A stretch of DNA of 62,481 nucleotides, filler included, from Anaerolineae bacterium (GTDB taxonomy: Bacteria > Chloroflexota > Anaerolineae > Epilineales > Epilineaceae): the NCBI GenBank assembly GCA_029262755.1. It is 6 parts of 6 records of this genome, joined end to end, with 100 filler letters (N's around TTAATTAATTAA, not from the genome) between each part and the next. Parts side by side here need not be neighbours in the genome. Positions count along the whole stretch, not along the records: positions 28,940 to 33,572 come from JAJCYU010000086.1; positions 33,673 to 44,403 come from JAJCYU010000088.1; 4 more parts are not named here. The stretch is one strand, 5' to 3'. The notes below the pieces were generated by a model that was given only the letters and a program-made list of their open reading frames with translations, did no database searches and was not told where the DNA came from. Positions 32,309-41,462 of this stretch are shown here, in pieces (positions within the stretch are counted from its first letter, which is position 1; the number at the start of each line of letters is the position of its first letter). Both the position numbers and the translations under genes were made by a program.

Positions 32309-33572
32309 GTGAGCGCGCACGAGCACGGTGCGCATGACCGGGCGGACCGACCGTCCGATTGGATCGCGTTGCCGCTACCGGCCCGCGCAGTACAAAACCC
32401 CGAAGGCATCGCGCTCGTCACCCACGACACGACGTGGACGTGGGCAGCGCTCTCAGCAAAGGCGCACGCGCTCGCTGCTCGATTCGCGGCGCTCGGCGCC
32501 GCTCCGGAATCGGCCGTCGCGGCGCTGTTGCCCAACGGCGCGGCCTTCGTTGCGCTGGTCCACGCCTGCGCTGCGCGCAACGCGGTCTTCGTCCCGCTCA
32601 ACACGCGCCTGACGCCGGCCGAGCTGAACGGCCCGCTGACGGACACGGCCCCGGGTATCCTCGTCGCCGATCGACAATACGCGGACGTCGTGGACCTGCT
32701 ATCGCTGCCGGCCGCGTGTCACGTCCTTTGGTCCGACGGCGCTGGGGTCGTGGAGCCGGCATCCCCTGCCGAACCGCGCGTGCCTCCCGCCAATTCCGCT
32801 ACGCTGCCTACCGGCCGCGAGTCGGTGCCGTCCGCCTCCGCACAGGTGATCATCCACACATCGGGCTCCACCGGCCGCCCCAAGGGAGCGATCCTGACGT
32901 GGGGCAACCAGGCGTGGAGCGCGGCCGGCTCCGCCATACGCCTTGGCACCCAGCCCGACGACCGATGGCTGGCCGTCATGCCGCTGTTTCACGTCGGCGG
33001 GCTGGCGATCCTACTACGCGCGGCTTGGTCGGGGGCCGCCGTCGTCGTCCATGACGGTTTCGACGCCCAGGCCGTGTGGCGCTCGCTGCAGCAGGACCGG
33101 ATCCGTCTCGTATCGCTCGTCCCCACGATGCTGGAGCGGTTGCTGGACGTCGCGGACGGGGCTCCGCCGCCGGATACCTTGCGGGCCGTGCTTCTCGGCG
33201 GCGGCCCCATGGCGATGCCGCTGCTTGCCAGGGCCGTCGCGGCCGGATGGCCGATCCATCCCACCTACGGCCTGACCGAGGCCTGCAGTCAGGTCGCTAC
33301 CGCCGCCCCTGGATGGCGGCCGTCGGACGGCCTTGCGGTCCCTCCCCTGCCGTTCACAGAGATCCGGATCGTCGACGAGCGCGGTGTGCCCGTGCCGACG
33401 GGGAGCGAGGGCGTTGTCGAGGTACGTGGCCCCACGGTATTCGCCGGCTACGTGGCCGGCGAAAGCGGGACGTCGATCAAAGGCCGTGATGAACGGCAGC
33501 CATGGCTGCACACGGGCGACCACGGTCAACTCGACGTGCGCGGCCGTCTATCCGTGATCGGGCGTCGCACCG
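32309..33572 (+). CDS. menE: o-succinylbenzoate-CoA ligase, C-terminally truncated
   Basis: AMP-binding motif HTSGSTGRPKG, MPLFHVGGL, SLVPTML, LLGGG, TYGLTEACSQ and WLHTGD.G. Confidence 0.93.
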
Positions 33573-33672
33573 NNNNNNNNNNNNNNNNNNNNNNNNNNNN
33601 NNNNNNNNNNNNNNNNTTAATTAATTAANNNNNNNNNNNNNNNNNNNNNNNNNNNNNNNNNNNNNNNNNNNN
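33573..33672. other. Artificial contig spacer
   Basis: N-run containing TTAATTAATTAA. Confidence 0.99.
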
Positions 33673-33698
33673 CTCCGCTCTGTAGATGGTGGTTTGGC

Positions 33699-33704
33699 AT
33701 TATA
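33699..33704 (-). promoter_or_regulatory. -10 box (TATAAT) for a gene beyond the contig edge, downstream of comF
   Basis: The minus strand reads GGGGTATAAT, followed by a GGAG SD at the contig end. Confidence 0.5.
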
Positions 33705-33751
33705 CCCCGGCCGCGTTCGGGCGCCACGTTGGCCGTCGCGCGGTGCGCGAA

Positions 33752-34498
33752 CTACCGATGATGGAGGTTGTTGGCGCGGCTGAGCACCACGAGCACCACT
33801 GCCCCGCATCCGCCGGACTGCAGGGTCCTCGCGCATGCATTGGCCGTCGCGCCCGTGGTCAAGACATCGTCCACGAGTAGGACGAGATGACCGGACGGCA
33901 GGCCTTGGGCCGCAAACGCGCCCGCGACGTTGGCAGCACGCGAGGCTCGGTCCAGGCCCACCTGGGTCGGTGTGTTGCGTACGCGCTGAAGCGCATCGGG
34001 AGCAAACTCCCATGTACCAAGCGGCGCAATCGAACGAGCTAAGAGGCGCGGCACGTCGACTCCGCGTCGGCGGACCCGGCGCGGGTGCGAAGGAACCGGG
34101 ACCACGATCACGTCTGATCGATCTGCCAAGGGCCGCACGGGATTGGCCATGAGCTCCGCCAGGCGGGGCGCCACGCACGTCCGACCCCGATACTTCAACG
34201 CGATGAGGGCATCTCGCAGCGGTCCGACATGTTTGCCTACCGCGTGCGCCTCGCGAATGGCCGGCCGCTCTACGCTACACCGAACGCACGGACCACCGCG
34301 CGTACGCGCTTCCAGGCACGTCGGGCAAGCCTGGTCGGGGGTGGGCGTCGCGAGTGCAATACACGCATCGCATAGCCACGTGCCCCCCTGATCGCAACCG
34401 CGCGCGAGACACCGCGGTGGCAGCAGCATATCCAACAGGCTGCGCGCACCCTGCGTGACGCGAACACCTCGACGACGTGCAGCCAACTCCGCCTCCAT
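33752..34498 (-). CDS. comF: ComF family protein (double zinc ribbon plus PRTase-like domain)
   Basis: LLPPRC...C, CDAC, CPTC, CVRC, VPVPSHP.R..RRG, R.ANVAGAF and LLVDDVLTTGAT. Confidence 0.92.
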   Translation of the reverse strand: MEAELAARRRGVRVTQGARSLLDMLLPPRCLARGCDQGGTWLCDACIALATPTPDQACPTCLEARTRGGPCVRCSVERPAIREAHAVGKHVGPLRDALIALKYRGRTCVAPRLAELMANPVRPLADRSDVIVVPVPSHPRRVRRRGVDVPRLLARSIAPLGTWEFAPDALQRVRNTPTQVGLDRASRAANVAGAFAAQGLPSGHLVLLVDDVLTTGATANACARTLQSGGCGAVVLVVLSRANNLHHR

Positions 34499-34625
34499 GG
34501 GCGGTCGGCGCCGTGCATCGGCAATGCGATGGGGGGAGTTGGGTCCGGCGGTTTCGTACTGAGTACTGTCGCTATGCGAGAGAGGCGTCGTCGAAACAAG
34601 CGACAACGCCGGACGAATCCGGACG

Positions 34626-35063
34626 CTAGCCGTCTACGGCTCGCTTATGCCCGTTGAGCGGTGCGCCACCGTCCATGCGCCTCAGATGTTGGATCATGTC
34701 CGCGAGGGCATCGAGGGCGCCGGCTCCAAGACCGCGGGCCTGTTGGGCGACCAGGCGCGCAGAGGGATCGCGCAGCAGCGCCGCGACCTCCGCCGAATCT
34801 CGTGCGCGCCGATCATCCTCGAGCTGCGGACCAAAGAAGTATGACGGCGGGACCCCGAAGAATTCAGACAGGGCCTCCAGCACGTCGAGGCTCGGGTTGG
34901 AGTTGCGACCGTGCCGCAGCTTCCAAACGTAGGACCGCGACACGCGGCCGCTCGTGCCTCGCTCGACGTCGTCGTACGTGTATTCCCGTCCGTCGGGCCG
35001 ACGGACGGTGCCAAACAGATGGTCGATCTTCGCAGAAACGGTTTCCCGCGCACGTGTGCTCAT
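34626..35063 (-). CDS. XRE-family HTH regulator, EspR-like
   Basis: KIDHLFGTVRRPDGREYT...VSRSYVWKLRHGRNSNPS...EALSEFFGVPPSYFF. Confidence 0.8.
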   Translation of the reverse strand: MSTRARETVSAKIDHLFGTVRRPDGREYTYDDVERGTSGRVSRSYVWKLRHGRNSNPSLDVLEALSEFFGVPPSYFFGPQLEDDRRARDSAEVAALLRDPSARLVAQQARGLGAGALDALADMIQHLRRMDGGAPLNGHKRAVDG

Positions 35064-35332
35064 CGCGATTCTCGTTCCTCTTTGGAGGCGTCTTCACCGT
35101 GCAATTGGAGAGCACCGCGTAGATACGCTCTGATCTTGTCTCATTCGTACCGTATCATGGAGGATGACGCTGAAGCACACCCCATGGTTTCAGTCCCGTT
35201 ACGGACACATCTTGCCGCCGGCTTTTCCGTTGCGCAACGGGCGCGGCCATGGGAGACGCCGTCTTGCCCGGCCGCACGCAGCCCTATAGAATGCCGCGCC
35301 CCATTCCTTAAGCATTCTCCGGACGCGTGTCG

Positions 35333-36037
35333 ATGTCCCGTTCCAAACTGTTGTTCGATGTCCAAGTTCTCGATTCGCGCCGCGACGCCGCCATGCAACG
35401 CCTGCGCGTTGTGGTCATGAGCCTACGGGCGGATGGGGCGGTACCTGCTGCGCGCGCTGCATTGGAATCCGAGTTGGCGGCGCTGGCCGACGTGGAAGCA
35501 AAAATGCGTCGCATCGCCGTCGTGCGGACCGAGCTCAAGGAACGGGTCGTTGCCGACGAGAAGCGCCTCTACGGTGGGGCTGTCCTGCATCCGAAGGAAA
35601 TCGAAGGCCAGCAACGCACCCTCGACGGCCATCGTAGGCAGCTCGGAGAAGAGGATGATCGCGCGCTCGAGTTGCTGATGGCGCGCGATGAAGCGCGCGA
35701 CGCCGTGCAGCGGGCCAAGGACGAGCTGGCTGCCGCGGAAGAACTCGAGGCCGCAGATCGGGACGCGTTGACCGCCGAGCAAGGGCAACTCGCCAGACAG
35801 ATCAGGGGTATGGCCCCGATCATCGCGGCGGCGCGGGCACGCGTGAGCGCCCAGGACTTGGCCCGTTACGATCGGCTGCGCGACTCGGCGGGAATGAAGG
35901 GCAAGGCAGTCGCAAGTCTGGAGGGTGACGCGTGCGGCGGTTGCGGCCGTGGGCTACCACGCTTGGAGGCCGCGCAAGCCCGAGGCCAGGACGAGCTGGC
36001 TACGTGCCCGGGCTGTGGCCGCCTGGTGCACGGCTAA
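35333..36037 (+). CDS. Coiled-coil protein with C4 zinc ribbon (DUF164)
   Basis: Long coiled coil, RLYGG, CGGC...CPGCGRLV. Confidence 0.88.
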   Translation: MSRSKLLFDVQVLDSRRDAAMQRLRVVVMSLRADGAVPAARAALESELAALADVEAKMRRIAVVRTELKERVVADEKRLYGGAVLHPKEIEGQQRTLDGHRRQLGEEDDRALELLMARDEARDAVQRAKDELAAAEELEAADRDALTAEQGQLARQIRGMAPIIAAARARVSAQDLARYDRLRDSAGMKGKAVASLEGDACGGCGRGLPRLEAAQARGQDELATCPGCGRLVHG

Positions 36038-36045
36038 CCGGCTCC

Positions 36046-36381
36046 GTGAGCGAATCCCCGCGGCCGACGTTGACCTGCGGTCCCCTCGAGCTCGATCGAG
36101 ACGGGCGCATGCTCCAGCGCGACGGACATGCCTACCACCTCACGCCGAAGGAATGTCGGCTCCTCCAGGCGTTCATCGAGTATCGCGGCCAGGTGCTGAC
36201 CCGGCAGTTTCTGATGAAGGAAGTGTGGCAAACCGACTTCGTCGCCGACACCCGCACGCTGGAAGTGCACGTGCATTGGTTGCGCAAGAAGTTGTCGCGA
36301 GAAGGCCCCGTGTTTATCCGCACGGTGCGCGGCGTCGGCTACGTCCTGCGGCTCGAAGGGCCCACCCCATCGACGGCCTAG
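36046..36381 (+). CDS. Stand-alone OmpR/PhoB-type winged-helix DNA-binding protein
   Basis: LTPKECRLL, LTRQFLMKEVW, DTRTLEVHVHWLRKKL and IRTVRGVGY. No receiver domain. Confidence 0.85.
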   Translation: MSESPRPTLTCGPLELDRDGRMLQRDGHAYHLTPKECRLLQAFIEYRGQVLTRQFLMKEVWQTDFVADTRTLEVHVHWLRKKLSREGPVFIRTVRGVGYVLRLEGPTPSTA

Positions 36382-36386
36382 TCCTA

Positions 36387-36656
36387 TTAGAAACCGTAGG
36401 GAAACAGGGCTTCGCGTAGGATCCGGTGCACGATATCGACAAGGAAGTACGCCGCGATCGGAGAGAAATCGATTCCCCCCATCGGTGGAATCACGCGTCG
36501 GAGGGGTTCCATGATGGGGTCGGTAGCCAACCAAAGCGCGCGCTTGAACGGATTGTCAGCGTATGGGTTTCGGTCGATCCACGAATAGATGACGCGACCC
36601 AGAATCAACAACTGGTAGATCTGGAATACTCCGTCGAACAGCGCAATCGCGCTCAT
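36387..36656 (-). CDS. yggT: YggT family membrane protein
   Basis: RVIYSW...TDPIMEPLRRVIPPMGGIDFSPI. Confidence 0.92.
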   Translation of the reverse strand: MSAIALFDGVFQIYQLLILGRVIYSWIDRNPYADNPFKRALWLATDPIMEPLRRVIPPMGGIDFSPIAAYFLVDIVHRILREALFPYGF

Positions 36657-36683
36657 GTAGCTCTCCCGTTGTGGAAACTCTCG

Positions 36684-37436
36684 CTATGCGCTGCGTACGC
36701 CGAACAAGGCGCTGCCGATTCGCACTTCCGTGGCGCCTTCTTCGATGGCCGCCTCGAAATCCCCGCTCATCCCCATGCTCAGCTCCCGCCATGAGACCGT
36801 CGGCAGTTGTTCGCGGAGCCCGTTCCGCAACTCTGCCAGCATGCGGAACGCACGGCGAACGTCCTCGCCGGCGGCATGGAGGGGACCGATCGTCATGAGC
36901 CCCTCGATCTGCAGCCCTGGTAGCCCCGCGATCGTGCGCGCGGATGCGACCAGCTCGGGTAGCAGAGGCGGGAACCCGTGTTTGCTTGTCTCGCCCGAGA
37001 CGTTCACTTCCAACAAAACAGGCAGCGTTCGCCCTTCTTCCGTCGCAAGGCGCGATACGAGGGTCGCCAACCGGAGACTATCAAGACTGTCCAATCGATC
37101 GAATGAGCGCACCACGTACGCGGCCTTGTTCCGCTGAAGATGGCCGATCATGTGCCACGTGGGATCGGACGTCTCCCTCGATCCGGCCTCCTCGAAGTTC
37201 GACCACGCGTCCTGATGCGCCAAGCCTTCTTGCACGCGGTTTTCACCGAAGTGGCTCACCCCTAGGGCGTTCGCGGCGCGGATCCACGAAGGGTGCACCC
37301 GCTTCGTCACGGCCACCAGCCGCACGTCCTCGGGTTCGCGTCGCGCGCGCAGGGCCGCTTGCGCCATGCGTTCGCGCACCGCCTTCAGTCGCTCGGCCAA
37401 CGCAGATTCGTCCACGTCGTGTTCGTGCCCGCTCAC
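36684..37436 (-). CDS. yggS: PLP homeostasis protein YggS
   Basis: LVAVTK, FGENRVQE, WHMIGHLQRNK and LSMGMSGDFEAAIEEGATEVRIGS. Confidence 0.97.
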   Translation of the reverse strand: MSGHEHDVDESALAERLKAVRERMAQAALRARREPEDVRLVAVTKRVHPSWIRAANALGVSHFGENRVQEGLAHQDAWSNFEEAGSRETSDPTWHMIGHLQRNKAAYVVRSFDRLDSLDSLRLATLVSRLATEEGRTLPVLLEVNVSGETSKHGFPPLLPELVASARTIAGLPGLQIEGLMTIGPLHAAGEDVRRAFRMLAELRNGLREQLPTVSWRELSMGMSGDFEAAIEEGATEVRIGSALFGVRSA

Positions 37437-38008
37437 AGTGTGGCGGCCGCCGGAGGCAGCGAGAGGCGAGACGGGCCGCCCGCGTAGGCGCCGAGCGCGC
37501 CGTTGACCATCCGGCGTGAGCTCTCTCCGCTAAACTCGCGCGCCATCTCCACCGCTTCGCTGATCGCAACACGCTCCGGCGTCGAGGCTGTCGCCATCTC
37601 CCACAACGCGATGCGCAGCACATTGCGATCGACAGGCGCCATCTGATCCACGGGCCATTCCGGGGCGATCACGCGAATCACGGCATCGATCGCCTCGCCA
37701 TGATCCCGGATGCCGCGCACGAGCAAAGCGCCATACGCGGCTTGCTCAATCAGGCCAGCCAGAGACTTCGCGTTCACGCCCAATGGAAGAAGAGCGGGCT
37801 CCGTCCTCCCGACGGACGCTGAGGGAGCAAGCTTGAACGCGAGGTCGCGCGCTTCCGACTCCGCGACGCCGCCGACATGTCTGGGCATCGTCTCTTCCAG
37901 GAAGTTTTCGACGCGCGCCAACAAAACCGCCTCGAGCCCGTGACGACCGTGATCCAGCTCATAGAGCGCCTGTAGGGCCAACCGTCTTGCCCTGCGCCTG
38001 CCCTTCAT
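37433..38008 (-). CDS. nusB: Transcription antitermination factor NusB with an internal insertion
   Basis: RRRARRLALQALYE, W...MAPVDRNVLRIA, VAISEAVEMAREF and MVNGAL. Confidence 0.92.
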   Translation of the reverse strand: MKGRRRARRLALQALYELDHGRHGLEAVLLARVENFLEETMPRHVGGVAESEARDLAFKLAPSASVGRTEPALLPLGVNAKSLAGLIEQAAYGALLVRGIRDHGEAIDAVIRVIAPEWPVDQMAPVDRNVLRIALWEMATASTPERVAISEAVEMAREFSGESSRRMVNGALGAYAGGPSRLSLPPAAATL

Positions 38009-38084
38009 CGTCCATCTCCCTGGCGAATCGAACGCAGTGCGTTGGCGGGGTGTCGCCCTAGGCAAGCGTAGGTTGCATTGTTCA

Positions 38085-38831
38085 TTAGTGTCCGAAGCCG
38101 CCATCCACGCGCAAGACCTGGCCCGTCATATACGAGGCGTCATCCGACGCGAGAAACGCGACGGCCGCCGCGATGTCCGCGGGCAAACCCAAACGCCCCA
38201 AGGGCGTCATGCCTCGCACCGAATCGAGCAATGCGTCCGAGATGTCGTTGATGAGGTCCGTCTCTACAAAGCCCGGCGCCACCGCGTTGACCGTGATGCC
38301 ACGTGAGCCGACCTCGCGCGCCAGACTGCGCGTAAACCCGATCATGCCGGCCTTGGCCGCCGCGTAGTTGGCCTGCCCGGCGTTGCCGTCGATACCCGAC
38401 ACGGATGAGATGTTGATGATCCGCCCACTCCGCTGCCGCATTAGGCCTTTGATCGCAGCCTGGCAGATGAGGAAGACGCTCTTCAGGTTGGTCTGCAGGA
38501 CCGCGTCCCAATCCGCCTCCGACATGCGCATCAGCAGCTGATCGCGCGTGATGCCCGCATTGTTGACCACGATGTCCAAGCCGCCCAGCTGTTCGCGCGT
38601 CTCGGATACCAGCCGCGCGGCAGCCTCCGCATCGGATACATCGGCGCCGATGGCCACGGCGGTGCCGCCCGCCCCCTCAATCGCCGCCACGACTTCCTCC
38701 GCGGCGTCGGAGCGCGCGTGATAGTTCACGGCCACGGCGGCGCCGTCTGCGGCAAGTCGCTCGACGATCGCGCGGCCAATTCCGCGTGAGCTCCCGGTAA
38801 CCAGGGCAACGCGTCCACGTAGATCCGCCAT
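38085..38831 (-). CDS. fabG: 3-oxoacyl-ACP reductase
   Basis: TGSSRGIG, NNAGITRD, GNAGQANYAAAKAG and NAVAPGF. Confidence 0.96.
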   Translation of the reverse strand: MADLRGRVALVTGSSRGIGRAIVERLAADGAAVAVNYHARSDAAEEVVAAIEGAGGTAVAIGADVSDAEAAARLVSETREQLGGLDIVVNNAGITRDQLLMRMSEADWDAVLQTNLKSVFLICQAAIKGLMRQRSGRIINISSVSGIDGNAGQANYAAAKAGMIGFTRSLAREVGSRGITVNAVAPGFVETDLINDISDALLDSVRGMTPLGRLGLPADIAAAVAFLASDDASYMTGQVLRVDGGFGH

Positions 38832-38891
38832 CAGTCTATCCTCGTGTGCCGGCCAGGGAGCCGTGGGAGCAGCGGGAGCGGCGGACCGCGA

Positions 38892-39812
38892 TCAGCCTGC
38901 GTCGCGTTCCGGCGTGGCCAGCGAGCGAATCCGAATCGTAGCGCCGTCGGCACGCGCAGTTCGTTTGATGAGTCCCGACAGCACGGAGCCCGGCCCCACC
39001 TCGACGAAAGTTTCCACGCCCTCGTGCAGCAGGCGCCGCATGCTGGCAGTCCACTGTACGCCGTGGGTAAGTTGCCGCCGCATCTCGTCCAGCACGGCCT
39101 CCACATCGCGCAGTGGCTGGGCCTCGACGTTGGAAAGGACGGGAATCCGCGGCGTGTGAACGACGACGCTTTCGATCGCCTGTTCAAACTGCGCAGCGGC
39201 AGGGGCCATGAGGGCCGAATGAGCCGCCACCGTGATGCGGACCGGAATTACGCGTCGCGCACCGGCCTCCGTCAGCGCAGCGGAAGCCGCCGTGACGCCG
39301 TCTTGCGTACCCGAGATGACGATCTGACCGGGCGCATTGTCGTTGGCCACCTGCACGGAATCGAAGCCGCGAACGACCTCTTCCACGTGCGAACGCTCGA
39401 GCCCGAGAATGGCGGCCATGCCGCCCGGCTGGGTGCGACCCGCATCAGCCATTAGGCGGGCGCGCTCCCGAACAAGCGAAAGCCCGTCCGCGAAGCTCAA
39501 GGCTCCTGCGGCGATCAGCGCCGCGAACTCACCTACGGAGTGTCCCGCCACATAATCGGCTGCTTCCAGCCGGCCATCTGCTTGGGCGGCGCGCGCAATC
39601 GCTACGCCGGCCACCACCAGCGCCGGCTGTTGATTGTAGGTATCGTGCAACTGCTCCTGCGGCCCGCCGGCGATCAGGTCGCTGATCGGGAAGCCGAGGA
39701 CTTCGTCCGCCTCGGCGAGAGTCTCGCCGACGATCGAAGAAGCGGCGGTCCATGCGTCGAGCATGCCCACCGAATGCGAACCCTGTCCGGGAAACAACCA
39801 CGCGACGCTCAT
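38892..39812 (-). CDS. fabD: Malonyl-CoA:ACP transacylase
   Basis: LFPGQGS, GHSVGE, NAPGQIVISG, AAHSALM and EVGPGSVL. Confidence 0.96.
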   Translation of the reverse strand: MSVAWLFPGQGSHSVGMLDAWTAASSIVGETLAEADEVLGFPISDLIAGGPQEQLHDTYNQQPALVVAGVAIARAAQADGRLEAADYVAGHSVGEFAALIAAGALSFADGLSLVRERARLMADAGRTQPGGMAAILGLERSHVEEVVRGFDSVQVANDNAPGQIVISGTQDGVTAASAALTEAGARRVIPVRITVAAHSALMAPAAAQFEQAIESVVVHTPRIPVLSNVEAQPLRDVEAVLDEMRRQLTHGVQWTASMRRLLHEGVETFVEVGPGSVLSGLIKRTARADGATIRIRSLATPERDAG

Positions 39813-39843
39813 CGTTCAGCGCCCGGTTGAGCGCCGCGCCAAC

Positions 39844-40035
39844 TCACGCCAAGTCGTCGTCGAGGTCGAACACTTGCACGCCGCGGAAGCTCCCGCAATG
39901 CGTGCACACGTGATGCGGGCGATGCCAACCATCGCACGTTGGGCAACGCACCAACTTCAACTTGTCGAGCTTGTAATGGGTCCTCTTCGCCCGACGACGG
40001 CGCGGGCTGATGCGGCTCTTGGGCAATGCGCCCAT
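39844..40035 (-). CDS. rpmF: 50S ribosomal protein L32 (Zn-binding type)
   Basis: MGALPK.RIS..RR..KR.H...CPTC...HHVC..CG; AAGGAG SD. Confidence 0.96.
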   Translation of the reverse strand: MGALPKSRISPRRRRAKRTHYKLDKLKLVRCPTCDGWHRPHHVCTHCGSFRGVQVFDLDDDLA

Positions 40036-40119
40036 GGGAATCTCCTTCGCAACGGGTCGGCTGTTTCCAACCCGTATTGCCTCTAATGCTCTCGAGTACG
40101 CATGTTGCGCGGCGGCCCA

Positions 40120-40665
40120 TCAGCCGGCGCTTCGTTCCGAATCATCGATCAAGACGCGCAATGCATCCCAGCGGGCATCCGTCGCCGGCTCACACGAGCA
40201 CGGTCCTTCGTTGAGCGCGGCGCCACACTGCGCACAAAGGCCTCGGCAATCGTCGCGGCACAATGGATTCAGCGGCACGCTGGTCAACAGTTGCTGTGCA
40301 ACGACCTCGCTCAGATCCAACTCGTGCCTCGAGTTGATGCGGGTTGCAGGGTCGTCCTCTTCCTCAGGATCCCTCAGGATCGGCGATCCTCCGGGTATGG
40401 CAACCGTTGGACGAAAATGCTCGGCGATCTCTACATCAACCATGTGCTCGCTCGGGACCAGACATCGCGCACACGGCAACTCGACGCGGGCCTTCAAAAC
40501 GCCCTCGACCAGAATTCCCGCATGATCGCGCACGAAACGGAGGTCCCCTTTCATGGCTTCCAGCAACGTCAATTCCGGATCGTCCAAGACGAGTCGGTCA
40601 TGGATCGCTACGACGCGCGACGTACCCGTGGGTGCTTTGATCAGGTCCGAGACGTTGATGATCAT
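40120..40665 (-). CDS. yceD: YceD/DUF177 family protein
   Basis: CARCL, PLCRDDCRGLCAQCG..LN..C.C and DARWDAL; immediately upstream of rpmF. Confidence 0.93.
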   Translation of the reverse strand: MIINVSDLIKAPTGTSRVVAIHDRLVLDDPELTLLEAMKGDLRFVRDHAGILVEGVLKARVELPCARCLVPSEHMVDVEIAEHFRPTVAIPGGSPILRDPEEEDDPATRINSRHELDLSEVVAQQLLTSVPLNPLCRDDCRGLCAQCGAALNEGPCSCEPATDARWDALRVLIDDSERSAG

Positions 40666-40705
40666 GTTAAATGCCTCCGCGCAAGGCTAGTCACGCCAGC
40701 GGCAA

Positions 40706-40734
40706 AGTGTAGGGAGAGGCTGATTTCTTGTCAA
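40706..40734 (-). promoter_or_regulatory. Sigma70 promoter of the yceD-rpmF-fab operon
   Basis: TTGACA-N17-TACACT on the minus strand. Confidence 0.85.
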
Positions 40735-40856
40735 TCCGCGGCGATCGGACTTCGTACGCGCACGTTCGTACTCCGTTCGGCCGAGTGCAGCCGTTCCATC
40801 ATCGGGCCCGGTGCGCAGGTTTCGCTGGTCTTGGATTGTCGTGGTAGCGGGCGGTC

Positions 40857-41420
40857 CTAGTTCCGCGGCGTCCTTTCGGAAGCGCTTTCGTCGACATGTG
40901 TGGCTGCGGCAACATCCTCCTCCGTGCGGTCCTCGTCCTCGACGCGTGCAGGGTCCCGAGCCGGCGCCTCGACCCGCTCGCCGGCATGGAGCAGCCGCAT
41001 CCCGTTGCGCACGGTATGGCCGAACGAATCCAGCTGGGCGCCGATGCGCTCGAGGACCTCGAGGGCATAGGCATCCGCGTCGCCCCGTACCGCATTTCCT
41101 TCTTCGTAGGCCCGCGCAAGCAACTCGTCTGCGCGCTCGCGCGCCTGCTCGAGCACGGACTGCTCGGACGTCAATGTCACGGCCTTCTCGCGAGCGGCCA
41201 CAATCATGGCTTCGGCCTGATCTTGGGCCGCAGCCAGCCGCGCCTCGCGTTCCATCTCGATCTGACGCGCGTTCTTGATTTCCTGCGGCACGCTGATGCG
41301 CATCTGATCGATCAGGCGCAGAAACTCGTCCTCGTTGATCACAACGCGGGACGAATACGGAAAGCGCATAGCGCGATCCAACAGCTCTTCCAGCCTATCG
41401 ATCAAGTAGTCGAGGTCGAT
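40857..41420 (-). CDS. Conserved coiled-coil protein downstream of coaD; likely ATC start codon
   Basis: IDLDYLIDRLEELL...LIDQMRISVPQEIK.A...ADAYA. AAGGAGG lies 7 nt upstream of ATC 41420. Confidence 0.8.
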   Translation of the reverse strand: MDLDYLIDRLEELLDRAMRFPYSSRVVINEDEFLRLIDQMRISVPQEIKNARQIEMEREARLAAAQDQAEAMIVAAREKAVTLTSEQSVLEQARERADELLARAYEEGNAVRGDADAYALEVLERIGAQLDSFGHTVRNGMRLLHAGERVEAPARDPARVEDEDRTEEDVAAATHVDESASERTPRN

Positions 41421-41462
41421 GATGCACCCTCCTTGGTCTCGCGGCGTCCCGCGGTTTCGGCT

